Notes under the pieces: generated by a model
What the model saw: only the letters and a program-made list of their open reading frames with translations
Database searches by the model: none
What the model was told of the DNA's origin: nothing
Shown: piece after piece, positions 1 to 12,435 of the stretch
How the letters are laid out: every line of letters begins with the position of its first letter
Position numbering within the stretch: position 1 is the first letter of the stretch
Position numbers and translations under genes: made by a program
Assembly (NCBI RefSeq): GCF_964204865.1
Contig: NC_135251.1
Coordinates: 14,632,001-14,696,000, forward strand
Reading direction: 5' to 3'
Length of the DNA stretch: 64,000 bases
From: Styela clava
Lineage: Eukaryota

Positions 1-197
1 CTAACGGAAGCTTACAAATATACTTGCTATCCCGTAGAAAGAGATTGGGTTGTTCTTAATTTCTCCAAGACTCTTTAAAATTGTATGTCAGTTTCTTGAG
101 TTTGAGTCGCTACATATCTCCCCAAAACTGGACTTAGGTTAATAGTTTATTACCTAACTAGTTATGCGACTGTTTTTGATTCTTTTTCTGTGAACAG

Positions 198-3100
198 GTC
201 TTTGTTGAATATTGATGTTATTAAGGAAATTTTCAACAATTCAACATCATCAATCAATCCGTGTTTTAACGACTTTCTCTGCGCTCTAGGATCAAGATAT
301 GATGCCTCTAAGGTAAGCTTATTTTTATATTCATAAAGTTCTTTTGGCTCATTTTTACACGATGTATTTATACCACTTTCACTCTGAACAAAACACTTCA
401 TAAGCAACCACGGATAGGTCGAGATCTACTATAGTTTGGAAGGACCGGAATGGCGGAATCATCCCAGTTTTACAATGTCTACTCAATTTTCTTACTCGTC
501 TTGTGTGAGGTGGTGGGCATGAGATATGATCCCAAGATTTTAACCTGCGATTCCATCATAGTCAAGTCTAATTCTTTAACCATTAGGCCACCAGTTTGCA
601 TCAGTAAATAATGATGATCGCTTTCATAATGTAACAAGGGTTTAATCAGACTTATTATTGAAAGACGGGAAATGCATTCAACAATCAAATAGCATGGAAT
701 ATTATTGCTGATTAGGAAAATGCTATTCATCACATTTATAGACTGTAACCACTGTATATTCTCACATACAATCGCTATTTCAATGATCAAATTGGACATA
801 TAGCCAATGATGGCTCAATTTAAATGATTTACTATTTCAAATACATTCTAAACTTTACATTTGAATATGGCATATTTTATGTTCTCTTATTGGTCTTGTT
901 CGAGAGCAATGATGGAAAATGAATTTGGTTAATCAGATTAGTTTAGTGATGTTTGATTAGTTTTCTATTTTGCACGGTGTGGAAAGTTGAATGAAGTAAC
1001 CGCTAAGCAACCCATTGCCAAGTGACATATCCACCAATGAAATTATATATTTAATATGAACTTTAGATACGGCCAATTTTACAGTCAACACTTCCACCTC
1101 GATATCGAGTTGTAAATAGGTTCAACTTTTCTAGTCATTTTTCTAGACGTTCATTGAACGTAAGGAAAGAAGAGAGCAGGCTACTGTATGGTTTACACCT
1201 CTATCTGATGTAATACGTTCTTTTTCTAAATCTTCGACGACCACCGACAGGGAAACCACATTGAATATCTATAAAACTTGCGGTCAAATAGTTCAGCACT
1301 GTTCTAGGTTATTGTATGCCTCCGTGAGTATGCGATTTTCAGTTTTACAAAATAGGTTTCACTGAAATATGACTGTTATACTTGCTTTTTTGAGTTGTGT
1401 GCAGCACTTTTAAAATCCTAATTTGAATTCGAAGCAGTTATCAAAGTATTAGCAAAATATCGATTCAATGAGGAATATCATAATGTTCATACCTTAGAAT
1501 AGGATTAAAGAAATCTTTCATTCGAAAGATAACCTTGCGTTTTTCATGAGATCTGGATCTCTTTGTTTACTGAAGTTGTAATTTAGTCCCTGATCCCATA
1601 TATTACTTTTCATTGTCAATTGTATTCTCATCCAATACTGCGTCATTCGTAATTTACTCTGTGCATAGATAACTCTATTTCTGATCATAGGTGTTTTTAC
1701 CAAATACTTGACTATTCCAAATACATTTTAAAAAAATGATCTGGAATTCCGAATACAGTCTAAAATTCCACAAAGCATATATTTTATTTACATTTCAAAA
1801 ATCCAAGAACATGGGAATAGAGCTTTAATAATATTATCATAATGAAGCAGACATAAATAAATCAAATAGCATTGAAATGCGTGACATTCAATATTCCTAT
1901 TAATACTGAAAACGATATTCGAAGGTCACGATTTTTGAATATTAAATTCGAATTGGACATCCTTGGTATTTATTGCAATTTTGTACAAGTCAATGCATTT
2001 CCGCATATTGGAAAATGTCAAATACTTTGAAAAGAAATAAAAACAATTTTGAAATAAATTTACAATCTCCAAAAAGCTAAAGCTTGAAGCTGATCTCTGA
2101 GCAGTATGTTCCGTTTGCAACCAATGTTAGGTCGTATAAAATATTATAATTTTAACTGAAATCAAGTTCACAGATCAATTTTAGTTTTGAACTCATATTT
2201 CAGGGTAAATCGGGAATCATAATTCAAATCATTGATACTTTGATTCTTCCACTATGGATTTATTCATCTCAAGATAAAAATGCTCATTTAACCGTGTTGA
2301 GAGTCATTGGTCATACATTGCATATGGTGAGTTTTTTATTTATATTGAAATTAACTCGTATTGAAGACTATTAATCAATAGGAGATTAGGAGCATGATCT
2401 TTGCTGATTTTATCTAAGTAAGACTGACTAAGTTGCTTGCTCACGAAAAAAGCATTCCAGCTCAAAATCAGGGATAGTTCTCAAACTGGATGCCCTAGAG
2501 CAGGGGTGTGCAACCTTTGATACGCGAGGGCCAGATACAAATAAATGGATGAAACCGCGGGCTGCACCCTCACTTAACATCTAGTAGTAGCTATCTAGTA
2601 GTTGCAGACAAAATTTTGGTTATTGATCGTGTGACATGCGTTGTTCTTTTTGCACAAGCTCAGATATAGACATTGCAACACAAAGGAATTGGGATAATCG
2701 AACTCGCACATACTAAATTAAATTAAAAACTTGTTTCCCGGGTCGCACACCCCTGCCCTAGAGGACCGCAGAGTAATTTCCTCAGTGCAACGAGCTAATC
2801 CCTCTTAGTTGGTGCCATTCATGTTGTCTATATTAATTTGAATTAAATTATGATTTGTTCATACTTTTTCGACTAAATGTTTATTTCTTTTACCTTCCAG
2901 TGTTAGTTTTTCGTATTAAATATGGCAAACAATATAACCATTGGAAACACCTTAGTTACCTTAAATAGGCAAAAATAGGTATTTTATAGAAAATTAGGGG
3001 GAATGAAAATTTTGTAAACCACAAAAATTCACTGTTTTGAATAATTTATAAAATTTGACATTGAATACATTCTAGAGAGGGTTATGGTAAACGGAGGAAT

Positions 3101-4544
3101 CTGTGGAAGTCATTGTAAACTGATTGAAAGTTTATTTGAATGTGGAATAGTTTGGATAAAATTTATGTTGACTTATCAGGAAAAAAACTAGTCCATTTAT
3201 TGTCCGACCATCAGATATCAAATGCTTAAAAGGATGAATTACTTCAAATTCCTTAAATATTACTTTATTTAAGTATATATTTGCTCATTTTGAATGAAGT
3301 CAAATATTCGTTTCATTTTGTCTGGTCTGAATTCACTGTATTTGACAAACTTTCATTTTTCTGCAGTATATTAAAGGTCTTATGTCACTGGACTACAAGC
3401 GTGATAGTTATGTCAGGAGAGTGATGTCTGATATATTCAACATATACTTGACAAGGTAATTGGTCTAGGTTTTCAAGATATTGTGATTGTTAAAATCAAA
3501 AAAAGTTTCAAAGAGGTTTCAAATCCTCTACAGAAAGTAGTGAATAATTTTGCAACTGATAGCGGAGCAAAGCGAAAAAGTTTTCTCTATAGACGTTAGA
3601 TAGAAATGTTTTTCCAATATTTTATATTTAATTTAAAAATCGAAACTATTTGAAACTACAGCAATTGATTTGTTACTTTTGTTATACTGAACTTCTCTTT
3701 ACAAACAAAAAAACTAGCTTGTTATTTTTATGAATCAAATGCAACAAATAGCAGCCATTGTCTATGACCTCACATTGTCAATTTAATTCTTTGTTTTAAC
3801 TTTCTCATCTGAATTGCTGAACTGCATTTTATTCCCTTGATTCAATTTCCTCGTATATTTTTTTGTTAGATTTCCCACTGCCACAAATTCTGCTTCTCAT
3901 CCGTTTCGACAAGTACTTGCGGATATTAGGACAAATCTAGAACATCGCACTTCAATAATAAGATCATTAAAAGATTGTTGTAAAACTGGTCCTAATTCAG
4001 ACACAAAGCTCACCATGGTATGTTCCTAATTTGTATATATATATATATATTTGCTCCGAGCAAAGCTCTGCACAAGTGACCTACTATAATTTGGATTTAC
4101 CAGAATCAGTATAGACCCACCTAATTTATTACACCCTGGGTGATGAGTGCTCTTATCCCAATTTTAGTTCTATTACGAGTTTGAGGACTGTCTGTGTTAG
4201 ACAAGTTCCCATAGTAACGTCTTTAGACAACTTGATGTGAAGTAAGCGAATAAAATTAGTCACCTTCATATTGGTACACACACTTCTGGAGTGTGTATTG
4301 ATCACTTCATCAATATGAATTATTGGTGTACCAAAATTTAGACTGGTAGACATTTATTTACAGTGGTTTATAATTTTTTCAGGTAATCGAAATTCTGCAT
4401 TCTTGGTCCTTATCGGCGAATAGTTTTGTTCCCGAGGAGATTGCAGAGATATCGCAGTTAATCAAACAAGCAAAATTCACTTTGAGAAGTCTACCTGCAG
4501 TTATGTCCAAAGTCAATCATATGGAATCCATGTGCAATAAATGA
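198..4544 (+). CDS. MMS22L: MMS22-like DNA repair protein, 3' portion (5' exons lie before the window)
   Basis: Phase-consistent AG/GT exons 198-312, 1147-1323, 2204-2326, 3367-3455, 3870-4017, 4383-4544 (TGA); AATAAA at 4585. The translation IYKTCGQIVQHCSRLLYAS-GKSGIIIQIIDTLILPLW...LHMYIKGL...DSYVRRVMSDIFNIYLTRFP...HPF resembles the recalled vertebrate MMS22L C-terminal region (IIDCLLLP...LPLYLQG...YIGRFLP...HP). Confidence 0.65.
2501..2755. mobile_element. hAT-type MITE in MMS22L intron
   Basis: TIRs CAGGGGTGTGC.../...GCACACCCCTG; perfect 8-bp TSD CCCTAGAG (2493-2500, 2756-2763) with central TA. Confidence 0.9.
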
Positions 4545-5404
4545 TGTGTTAGTCCTGCTATGTTTACAAAAGTTTATTCTTAGAAATAAATGGTAGTTTT
4601 TCTAAATGTAAACCAAGTGAATTATTTTTAGCTGGAATCTCAGAATTTTAAGATCTTTCTCAGATTTTTTGTACTCATTCATATTTTCGCGAATTCTCTG
4701 TTGAAGACTAATTGCGAGTTACTCTAGTACTGGTTAAAAGAATTTTCTAGATAAAATGTGGATGTGATTGCTTTGTTATAGTTGCGCTGAAGAATTAAAA
4801 AAAATATTCTTAGGTGTTTGACTCGCTGGATTCCAACAACTAATCCAGGGCTAGGCAAATTACGACCCACCTGATGCTTGTACCTTGACTATTCTGTTTA
4901 TATACTCCCGTCACTTGCTGAACTGTTCCACGCATGCATGCAACAGCATTTGAAGCCCTATAGTTTTTCAGGCTTGAGGAATTTCCACTTTCCCTCTCAA
5001 TTGGATGAGAGGCTGTGGTATACATTCTGTCAATTCCCCAGTATGAAATCCTATACTTGCTAGTAAAATACATGATACAGATGTGAACTATGAAAACCAT
5101 TATACCAGATTACCAGTATATTTCAAAAAGTGCATAAATTAAGTTTATATAAAAATATACTAGTGCATAAATGTGATAGAAAATAGTAACAAAAAAAGGT
5201 TGACTAGCAATCAGCACCGTAAAAGACGCAAATTGATAGAATTAACAACCAGTACTTCATAGTTATATGGACATTTGAATATAAAGGAAATTTGCCACTA
5301 CTGTGGTGAATAAATATAGTATTTCTTAAACAGCTCCAAAGGCGAGCGAGCAAAATGCACAATCCAAATAGTCTTGTACACGTAAAATTCTGAAGCTTTT
5401 CCTG

Positions 5405-7966
5405 TTATGATGTTAAAGTAGGTGGTAAGATGTCAAATGCTAGCAGGTTGTTCATTTCATCATCTGGCTTTTCCATCACCCATTTTAAAAAATCTTCCTC
5501 GTCAAATTTATCTTGATTTTTTCGATCAATCTTGAATAAAAGTATATGCTAGTATGAAAATACTTGTTACAGTTTATAGGTTTTGCCCTGTGGTTTATGT
5601 AAACCTGGTCGTGGAACGATGATATGATTCACTTTTTGAAGATCATGCATTAGTTAGGCTGTATGTAAAACGTGACATAGTTCAAGCGCTATAAGTTCGG
5701 CATGGTTTTCTTAAATGAAGGAAACGTGGAAGCTTTGTATTTTATCATCTTTATATTTAACTGAGTGAACTAATAGGTTATGTAAACATACCTGTTTCAC
5801 AGTGCTTTCAGCCAGTTCTCGCAATTGCGTTTGAGATACTCCTGGATATAGATGCCCAATAACTCGATTAAACAAATTTGCATCCACTGGTTGACCCCGA
5901 TTCATCAGATAAAATATCACTAACAGAAAAAGCATGTTGTTGTGGATATGACCAAGAGCTTGATGGATGGCAGACACAAATGAACCACTGATCAATTGGT
6001 ACTCACATGGTGTGTGTACCAGGTTAGGGCATAATTTTATTCCAATTTTCCCTATTTTAGTTCTATTGTGAGTTCTGGGACTGTCTTGTGTCAGCCATGT
6101 GAATATACCCAGTTGTGGGATTCAGCCGGTTCGCAACAGTTCTATAGAAACGTCTCACAGAATTTTATGAGATCAGTGAACCAGTTAGCATGACACTGTC
6201 AATGACTTTTGTGTCAGTTACCTCTATATTGGTACACACACTTCTGGAGCGTCAATCAATTACCCTACCCATATATAGGTAAGGAATCTGGAGAATGATC
6301 ATGTGCAAGAGAATTGATGGAATACCTGCCCTTGCAGAGTGGTCCATTTAGCCACTGGACATCACCAAAGTCCCCATTTACTATTAACTGAACTAGTTGG
6401 TTATATCTTTCCTGGACTGGTAACCAGACAAGAAGCAATGGTTGATCATACGATTAGGATATCTCATCTCTTTTCCGTTGCATGAATGAATACAAGAAAC
6501 AAATGTTTGATACAGTTTATTTTGATATAGCTGTCAAGATGTATGTTGGTTTTGTTTTGAGCTGTTCAAATTGGTCAATATACCTAGCGTCTCACCTTTT
6601 ATTTTAGTTTCTGCTTGAGCTGCCTCAAACCAAACACAGGCATTTAGGAATACTTGGAATGTCACTACACCTCTCTCATTTCTAGGAAGCAGCTGTATAA
6701 TCTGAAATGTTGATACAAATATAAAGCTGGTTAGTTTTTATGTGGGCATTAAAATCTCAAGGATTGCTTATGTGAACTTGCTATTTAAGAGAATAGCAGA
6801 GACTTTGTAAAAATTGTGCGCAAATTTAGATCATCCTTCACGTATACCTAACTAATTTTTTGGGGTTTTTTGTCAACAGTACCCACTTTCCGTGCTGGCT
6901 ACAGCAACATTGAATATTTCCTCTATAACCACTGGGCACCTAGTTAATCCGGGCCATGCCAAATTTCATAAACAATAGCGAAATGGATAAATATGAGTCA
7001 CAATGAAATGAAACGTCTATCTGGTCTTGGAAAACATTGTATTTTGGAAACAAAATACGGATTAAAAATGTTTTGTCAACATGTGATGATAAAAGCAGAC
7101 ATTTCAATACTGCATTAAAGACAGACACATCACTGAATACGCAATCAGAGTTGTAAGCTATCTGTTTTTATTAACTATATTCTATTTGTACTACGCATAT
7201 GACAAACGAACCTGTTTTACAAATCGATTAGCTGATGAATGTATCTTTGCTTTTGGAGTGAGTGTGCCATTCCTGTCTGCTCCCATTTGCAAAAAACGAT
7301 GCCAACATCTCTGAACCTGCAAAATAAAAAAAATTTAAGCTGGAAGATGGATAAAAATAAATTTGAAGTAAATTTAACATTCAAAGCCGAAAATATTTTG
7401 GAGTTCTAGCCTATTACAGTATAACTGGTATCGTATTGACAGGATGCTGGGATGTGAACAACCTTACTACCGTATGTTGTTTGCACTCTGGTATGACAGT
7501 CCTTGAACCGACACATACCGGTACCGGTATAGACTATCGCAGGTACAGAGGTAATGCTGCTGAACCTGAAGACCCTAGTCAGCTAGTGTATGCTCAGAGT
7601 TTACATAGCATTATTAACCAAATATGATTTAGCTATTGCTGTATTCAGGTATTGTTCAGCTGCTGAGTTTAAGTGTTTTTCCTGATGAAAGAAAATCACA
7701 GGTGAATGATTTTAAATCTGTTTGAATGTTTGTACACGACCCAGCTACAGAAATGATCAATACAATAATGCACATAAGAACACTCATGAGTGTTTCTGCG
7801 ACTGGAAAGCTTTAAGGCATCGGTCAAATATTTTATAAATCACCTTCAATACAGGGACACCACAAGTGTTTACATGCGCTACTATCCACTCCGGACCTGA
7901 TGGTTTGATAGCCGAAGAAACCAGTGAACTTTCTTCGGGTACAAATGCGCTGGAATACGCTCCCAT
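5405..7966 (-). CDS. 195-aa N-myristoylation-motif, degenerate EF-hand protein (CHP/calcineurin-B/tescalcin-like)
   Basis: Phase-consistent exons 7966-7844, 7316-7212, 6701-6596, 5919-5792, 5530-5405 (TAA). Translation MGAYSS...VQRCWHRFLQMGADRNGTLT...GVVTFQVFLNACVWF...TKIKVIFYLMN...IDRKNQDKFDEEDFLKWV; four helix-loop-helix units spaced as in the CHP/CnB family. Confidence 0.75.
6009..6252. mobile_element. Interspersed MITE family (GTGTGTACCA...TGGTACACACAC ends); related copies at about 4153-4291, 24077-24143 and 62513-62717
   Basis: The core GTACCAGGTTAGGGCATAATTTTATTCCAATTTTCCCTATTTTAGTTCTA and the terminal TGGTACACACACTTCTGGAG recur in both orientations. Confidence 0.7.
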
Positions 7967-8154
7967 TGCGACCTTCAGCAACAAGACAGGTATAATTCTA
8001 AACTACCACAAAGTCTGAAAATGCTATGTCATATATACTTTGGTCTTGCATAAAGTGTGAAATAAACAACAGCCGCTAGGTGACGCAGTAAAATTAATTA
8101 ATTTTTGATTCGCCTTCCACTCCAAGCAAGGCACTTTGGTTTCTAAGTCTAACC

Positions 8155-11100
8155 CAGCGATTCTTAAACTGGGGGGCGCGAGATGCTCACAGGGGGGGGG
8201 GGGGGGGGGGGGCGAGAGGTCACGAGTTGAAAACGGATATTTACATGTAACGTCTCCTGAAACGGTCTCCGCGTTCGTTAAAAATACCAGCTTTTTCGTG
8301 TTATAATCAATTTTTCTGTCTCGTAATAACTACAAGAATTCAAAATGTCTCTCTATTTTAAATAATTTGTGTTCAAGGTAACTCGCGGTTGCGGCGACTC
8401 ATGTCAAAATAAACTCATTACCGATCTAAAATACCACGTCAATCCGCGGACATATTAAAGTGTGAGCAACCGCCCGATTATATTTAGTTTTGATATATAT
8501 TGCACTCATGCAAATTCGTTGTCGTCATTAGAAAGATATGGTATAATATGCCAGAAAGTATATTTAATTTAGTACAATTAAAATACATATAAAGTATATT
8601 AGTAGATGAAAAATACATATTCATCGACTCGAAATCCCCGCGACACGGCTCCTGAGTCAGTCCTCGAGATTACGCCAGTCGGTAAAAGAGTCGACTTTTT
8701 CAACGGATTTGTAATGGTTTTTCTGTTGAATGAAGAATTAAATCCATGACAGATATACTTATTTAAAATGGTTGCTTCATTCATTTAATTATGATAAATT
8801 AAATCTGCAATTGCGTTGATAAAATAAAAGCACCACTAATCCAAAATACCACTGTAATCCGCAACCATAATCATGTGTGGCAAAGTGCCCGATTACATTT
8901 TGTTTTGATTTGTATTCTTGCCAATTTTTACCAATATGAGCTGTCACTGCAACTCTTACTCTGCTCGATCGCAATGCTGTCACTCGTTTAATTTTGAGAT
9001 ATCACCGTTACAGAAATTCCTAAGTCTGCGATAAAATCCAACGGAGTAAATTTATTTCAAGTCGGTAGTTGGTGGTGGTTGGTACTACTGGTGTGCCGCA
9101 GACACAAGGAATTCATAGGATTTGCAATGTCTAAGAAAGTGTTTTTAATCTGTCGCGGTCCACCCCAAAACAGAACTCATAGTGTTTTCTGTTTTGTTTT
9201 TTTAGTATTTCATAATGCCGCTTTTACGATAAAAAAAATTTGATTGCGGGTCCACTTCTTTATTCTATCTTTAGCATTATAGCATAAATGGTTGTTAGAT
9301 GAATGTGATGTTACCGTATATTGCTATTTCGTAGATTGTCTCAGAACTGCCAGTCACCCGTTCACCCTTCAGCTTGAAGATGCGTTAAAAATCTCTATAT
9401 GTTTTTATTCGTAAATTTCCACAACACACAGAATACAAATCTTAAAACATTTATCCACACTCGCTTTGAATGGTTTACATCGTCTTCTCCCTATCGAAAG
9501 ATATCGGAGTCGTATTTATACGTTGATCATAAATCCAATTAAATGCTGTAAACGTGAGCTCGTGATTCACGTTATAAACAGAAATTCCTATTATCTCAAC
9601 AAGGGTAATTAGGTACATCGTACGGATGGGAACTTAGATATAATTATTTCAATCAGTGCCAAAGGTCTTGAGAATATAGATTTTAATTTGATAATGACTG
9701 GATGGAACCTGTTATGTTCTTAAACCTGGTGTATGGTGGCCCATCGTTGTCACGCGTAAAATTGAAAATAAAAATAAAAAATAAAATAAAAAACCGATAA
9801 TAAANNNNNNNNNNNNNNNNNNNNNNNNNNNNNNNNNNNNNNNNNNNNNNNNNNNNNNNNNNNNNNNNNNNNNNNNNNNNNNNNNNNNNNNNNNNNNNNN
9901 NNNNNNNNNNNNNNNNNNNNNNNNNNNNNNNNNNNNNNNNNNNNNNNNNNNNNNNNNNNNNNNNNNNNACGATGTTCCGCCTCGTGGCCCATCGTTGTCA
10001 CGCGTTTTTATTTTTAGAAAATTTGCTTCTGCTTGGGACCAACGTTGTCAGGCATAATCCTACGCGCACAAATGTGTTCCCTGGGTTTCAAACTCACTAC
10101 TGATTTTCTTGAGCAATATTCAATATGAAAATGTTCTATAAATTCTCCATGCTACAAGTTCAACAAGAAGTAATATATTTATAATAATGATAAGAGAATA
10201 TAGAATTGAATACGAAAATTCGGAAAATTTGTTTTTACGTGTATAAAGGAAATTTAATTGGAGAATGCTGCTTAACTACTCAGTTGTCTGGACACTCGCG
10301 ATGCCGGTACCGTACCGTCTTACCAAATACCGGTAGTCGGTTATAGTCGCTTTGCGTCTGACCGTACCGGTAGCCATACAATCACTCATCATCTCCCATT
10401 CTTTCACGAGTGATTGCATGGGTACCGGTACGGTCAGACGATACCGTACCGGCATCGCACGAGTGTCTGAGCAGTTAAGCAGCATTTTCCAATTAAATTA
10501 CCTTCTACACGTAAAAACAAATTTTCGTATCCAATTCTATATTCTCTTATCCTTATTATAAATATATTGCTTGTGGTTGAACTTGTAGCATGGAGAATTT
10601 GTAGAACATTTTCATGTTGAGTTTATTGGATATTGGTCATGAAAATCAGTAGTGAGTTAGAAACCCAGGAAACACATTTGTGCGTGTAGGATTAAGTCTG
10701 ACAACGTTGGTCCCAAGCAGCATCAAATTTTCTAAAAATAAAAACGCGTGACAACGATGGGCCACGAGGCGGACCATCGTTGTCAACCTTTTTATTTNNN
10801 NNNNNNNNNNNNNNNNNNNNNNNNNNNNNNNNNNNNNNNNNNNNNNNNNNNNNNNNNNNNNNNNNNNNNNNNNNNNNNNNNNNNNNNNNNNNNNNNNNNN
10901 NNNNNNNNNNNNNNNNNNNNNNNNNNNNNNNNNNNNNNNNNNNNNNNNNNNNNNNTTTTTCACAACTATTTTTTTATTTTCGCTTTTTCATTTTATTTTT
11001 TCATTTTTTTTTTAAATTTTACACGTGACAACGATGGGCCACCATACTGGTGTAATTTGATTCCTACGAAAGTCTTTGTTCGAATTTTGGGAAAAATTAA

Positions 11101-11644
11101 CTTTGTTTTCATATTTTTAACATGAAATGGGGTACATTTGAGGGTTAGCTGCTATAGCATCTCGTCGCTGATGATTACATATATAATGAAAACTAACTCG
11201 TTTTTCTCAGAGGTGTCATGGTTTTTGCATTGCTCAATAGTGAGAATGTAAACAATTGATTGAAATTGTACGAGTATCATGTAAACGTTTAAGCAGAAAA
11301 TACATTTAAGCATAGGTTTATTGCGTGTTTAGTTTTACTTAAAAATTAGTTTGACTTTACCAGGTATTGCAAACTGAGCGGAAAACGAGAATGTATGATG
11401 ACCAACCACTCACTATTTGGCTTTATACATACGACAGTGAATGGCGAAGTTGTATTCCGAAGCATTTTATGCCTAAACAATCTGAGCAATGACGCTATGA
11501 GACCAACACTCATATAGCGTCATCTTAATATATAGCAACCTGCCCATCACGAAAGCATTTTTTCGAAGCAAAAAGAGGGGGGGGGGGCGAAGTTTGTAAA
11601 AATTTTCAATGGGGGGCGCGGCATACAAAGTTTAAGAGCCACTG
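8155..11644. mobile_element. Non-autonomous hAT-like element carrying nested insertions
   Basis: TIRs CAGCGATTCTTAAACT / AGTTTAAGAGCCACTG with subterminal GGGGGGCGCG. A second copy lacking the 1.9-kb interior lies at about 40720-42410. The TSD is only partly preserved. Confidence 0.75.
9732..11046. mobile_element. 1.3-kb foldback (almost fully palindromic) element
   Basis: Ends TATGGTGGCCCATCGTTGTCACG / CGTGACAACGATGGGCCACCATA. The arms stay reverse-complementary to a central hairpin at about 10355-10440. Flanked by direct CTGGTG; each arm contains an N gap. Confidence 0.85.
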
Positions 11645-12435
11645 AACCCGTGATGGGATTCAGAACTTTGCAAAACGGGTTCTCATTTCAAAACAAATTT
11701 CTGTAATTAGTAAGCCACGTTAACACAACACGGTTTACATAACTTCCAAACAGCGCCAGTCGCGCCGAAAGTTACCAGTTGCGGCGGCCGCACGACGTGA
11801 CAAATAAAAGACGAGAGTGGATTACAATGAACACTCCATTGTTTCGATGCCAACATTTGGGTACATGTACTTCTGAATTTTCATTTCGTGGCCTTTTCTC
11901 GCAACATCCCGTATCTAATGACAACCAGAGATTTTCAAAAATTAATAAAACATTGCATCATAATTTTATTGGTTCAAAATAATTTATCCTCCTAACACTG
12001 AAAGATACGACCACACGACCTTAAACAGTGATTTCTCCAAGAATATAGGCCTATACAGAGACAAAATTAAACTGCGCATCATGGGTTGCTCAAATTTCCA
12101 ATTCCTAGTTAAACTTGTTGTAACGATATCAGCCTTTGTGCAGCTTTTCGTGAATCTTGACCATTGTAAAGGAGATACTATTTGCAGAAAAGCATCGAAT
12201 CTTGTTGTATATTGATCAGCCTGACACACTTGTGCACTCTGGCAGGCAAGGATCTTTGTTTGAACAACAAGATTGTGAGAAACAGATCTGTGTAGCTGTA
12301 TCCTATCAAGGCATGACGAGGTGGCATCTCTCAGGTATCAGTTGACATGAGAGGGAAAGGCACAATCCCACAAACATTGCAAGAGAGCGCAAAAGTGAAA
12401 TCACATGAAAAAGATACATGGAGTGGATTTGTGTG

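Noticed and set aside
479-799. 106-aa minus-strand ORF in an MMS22L intron
   Set aside because: No recognisable motif or splice support.
9750-11125. ORFs containing X runs
   Set aside because: Artefacts of translation through N gaps in the foldback element.
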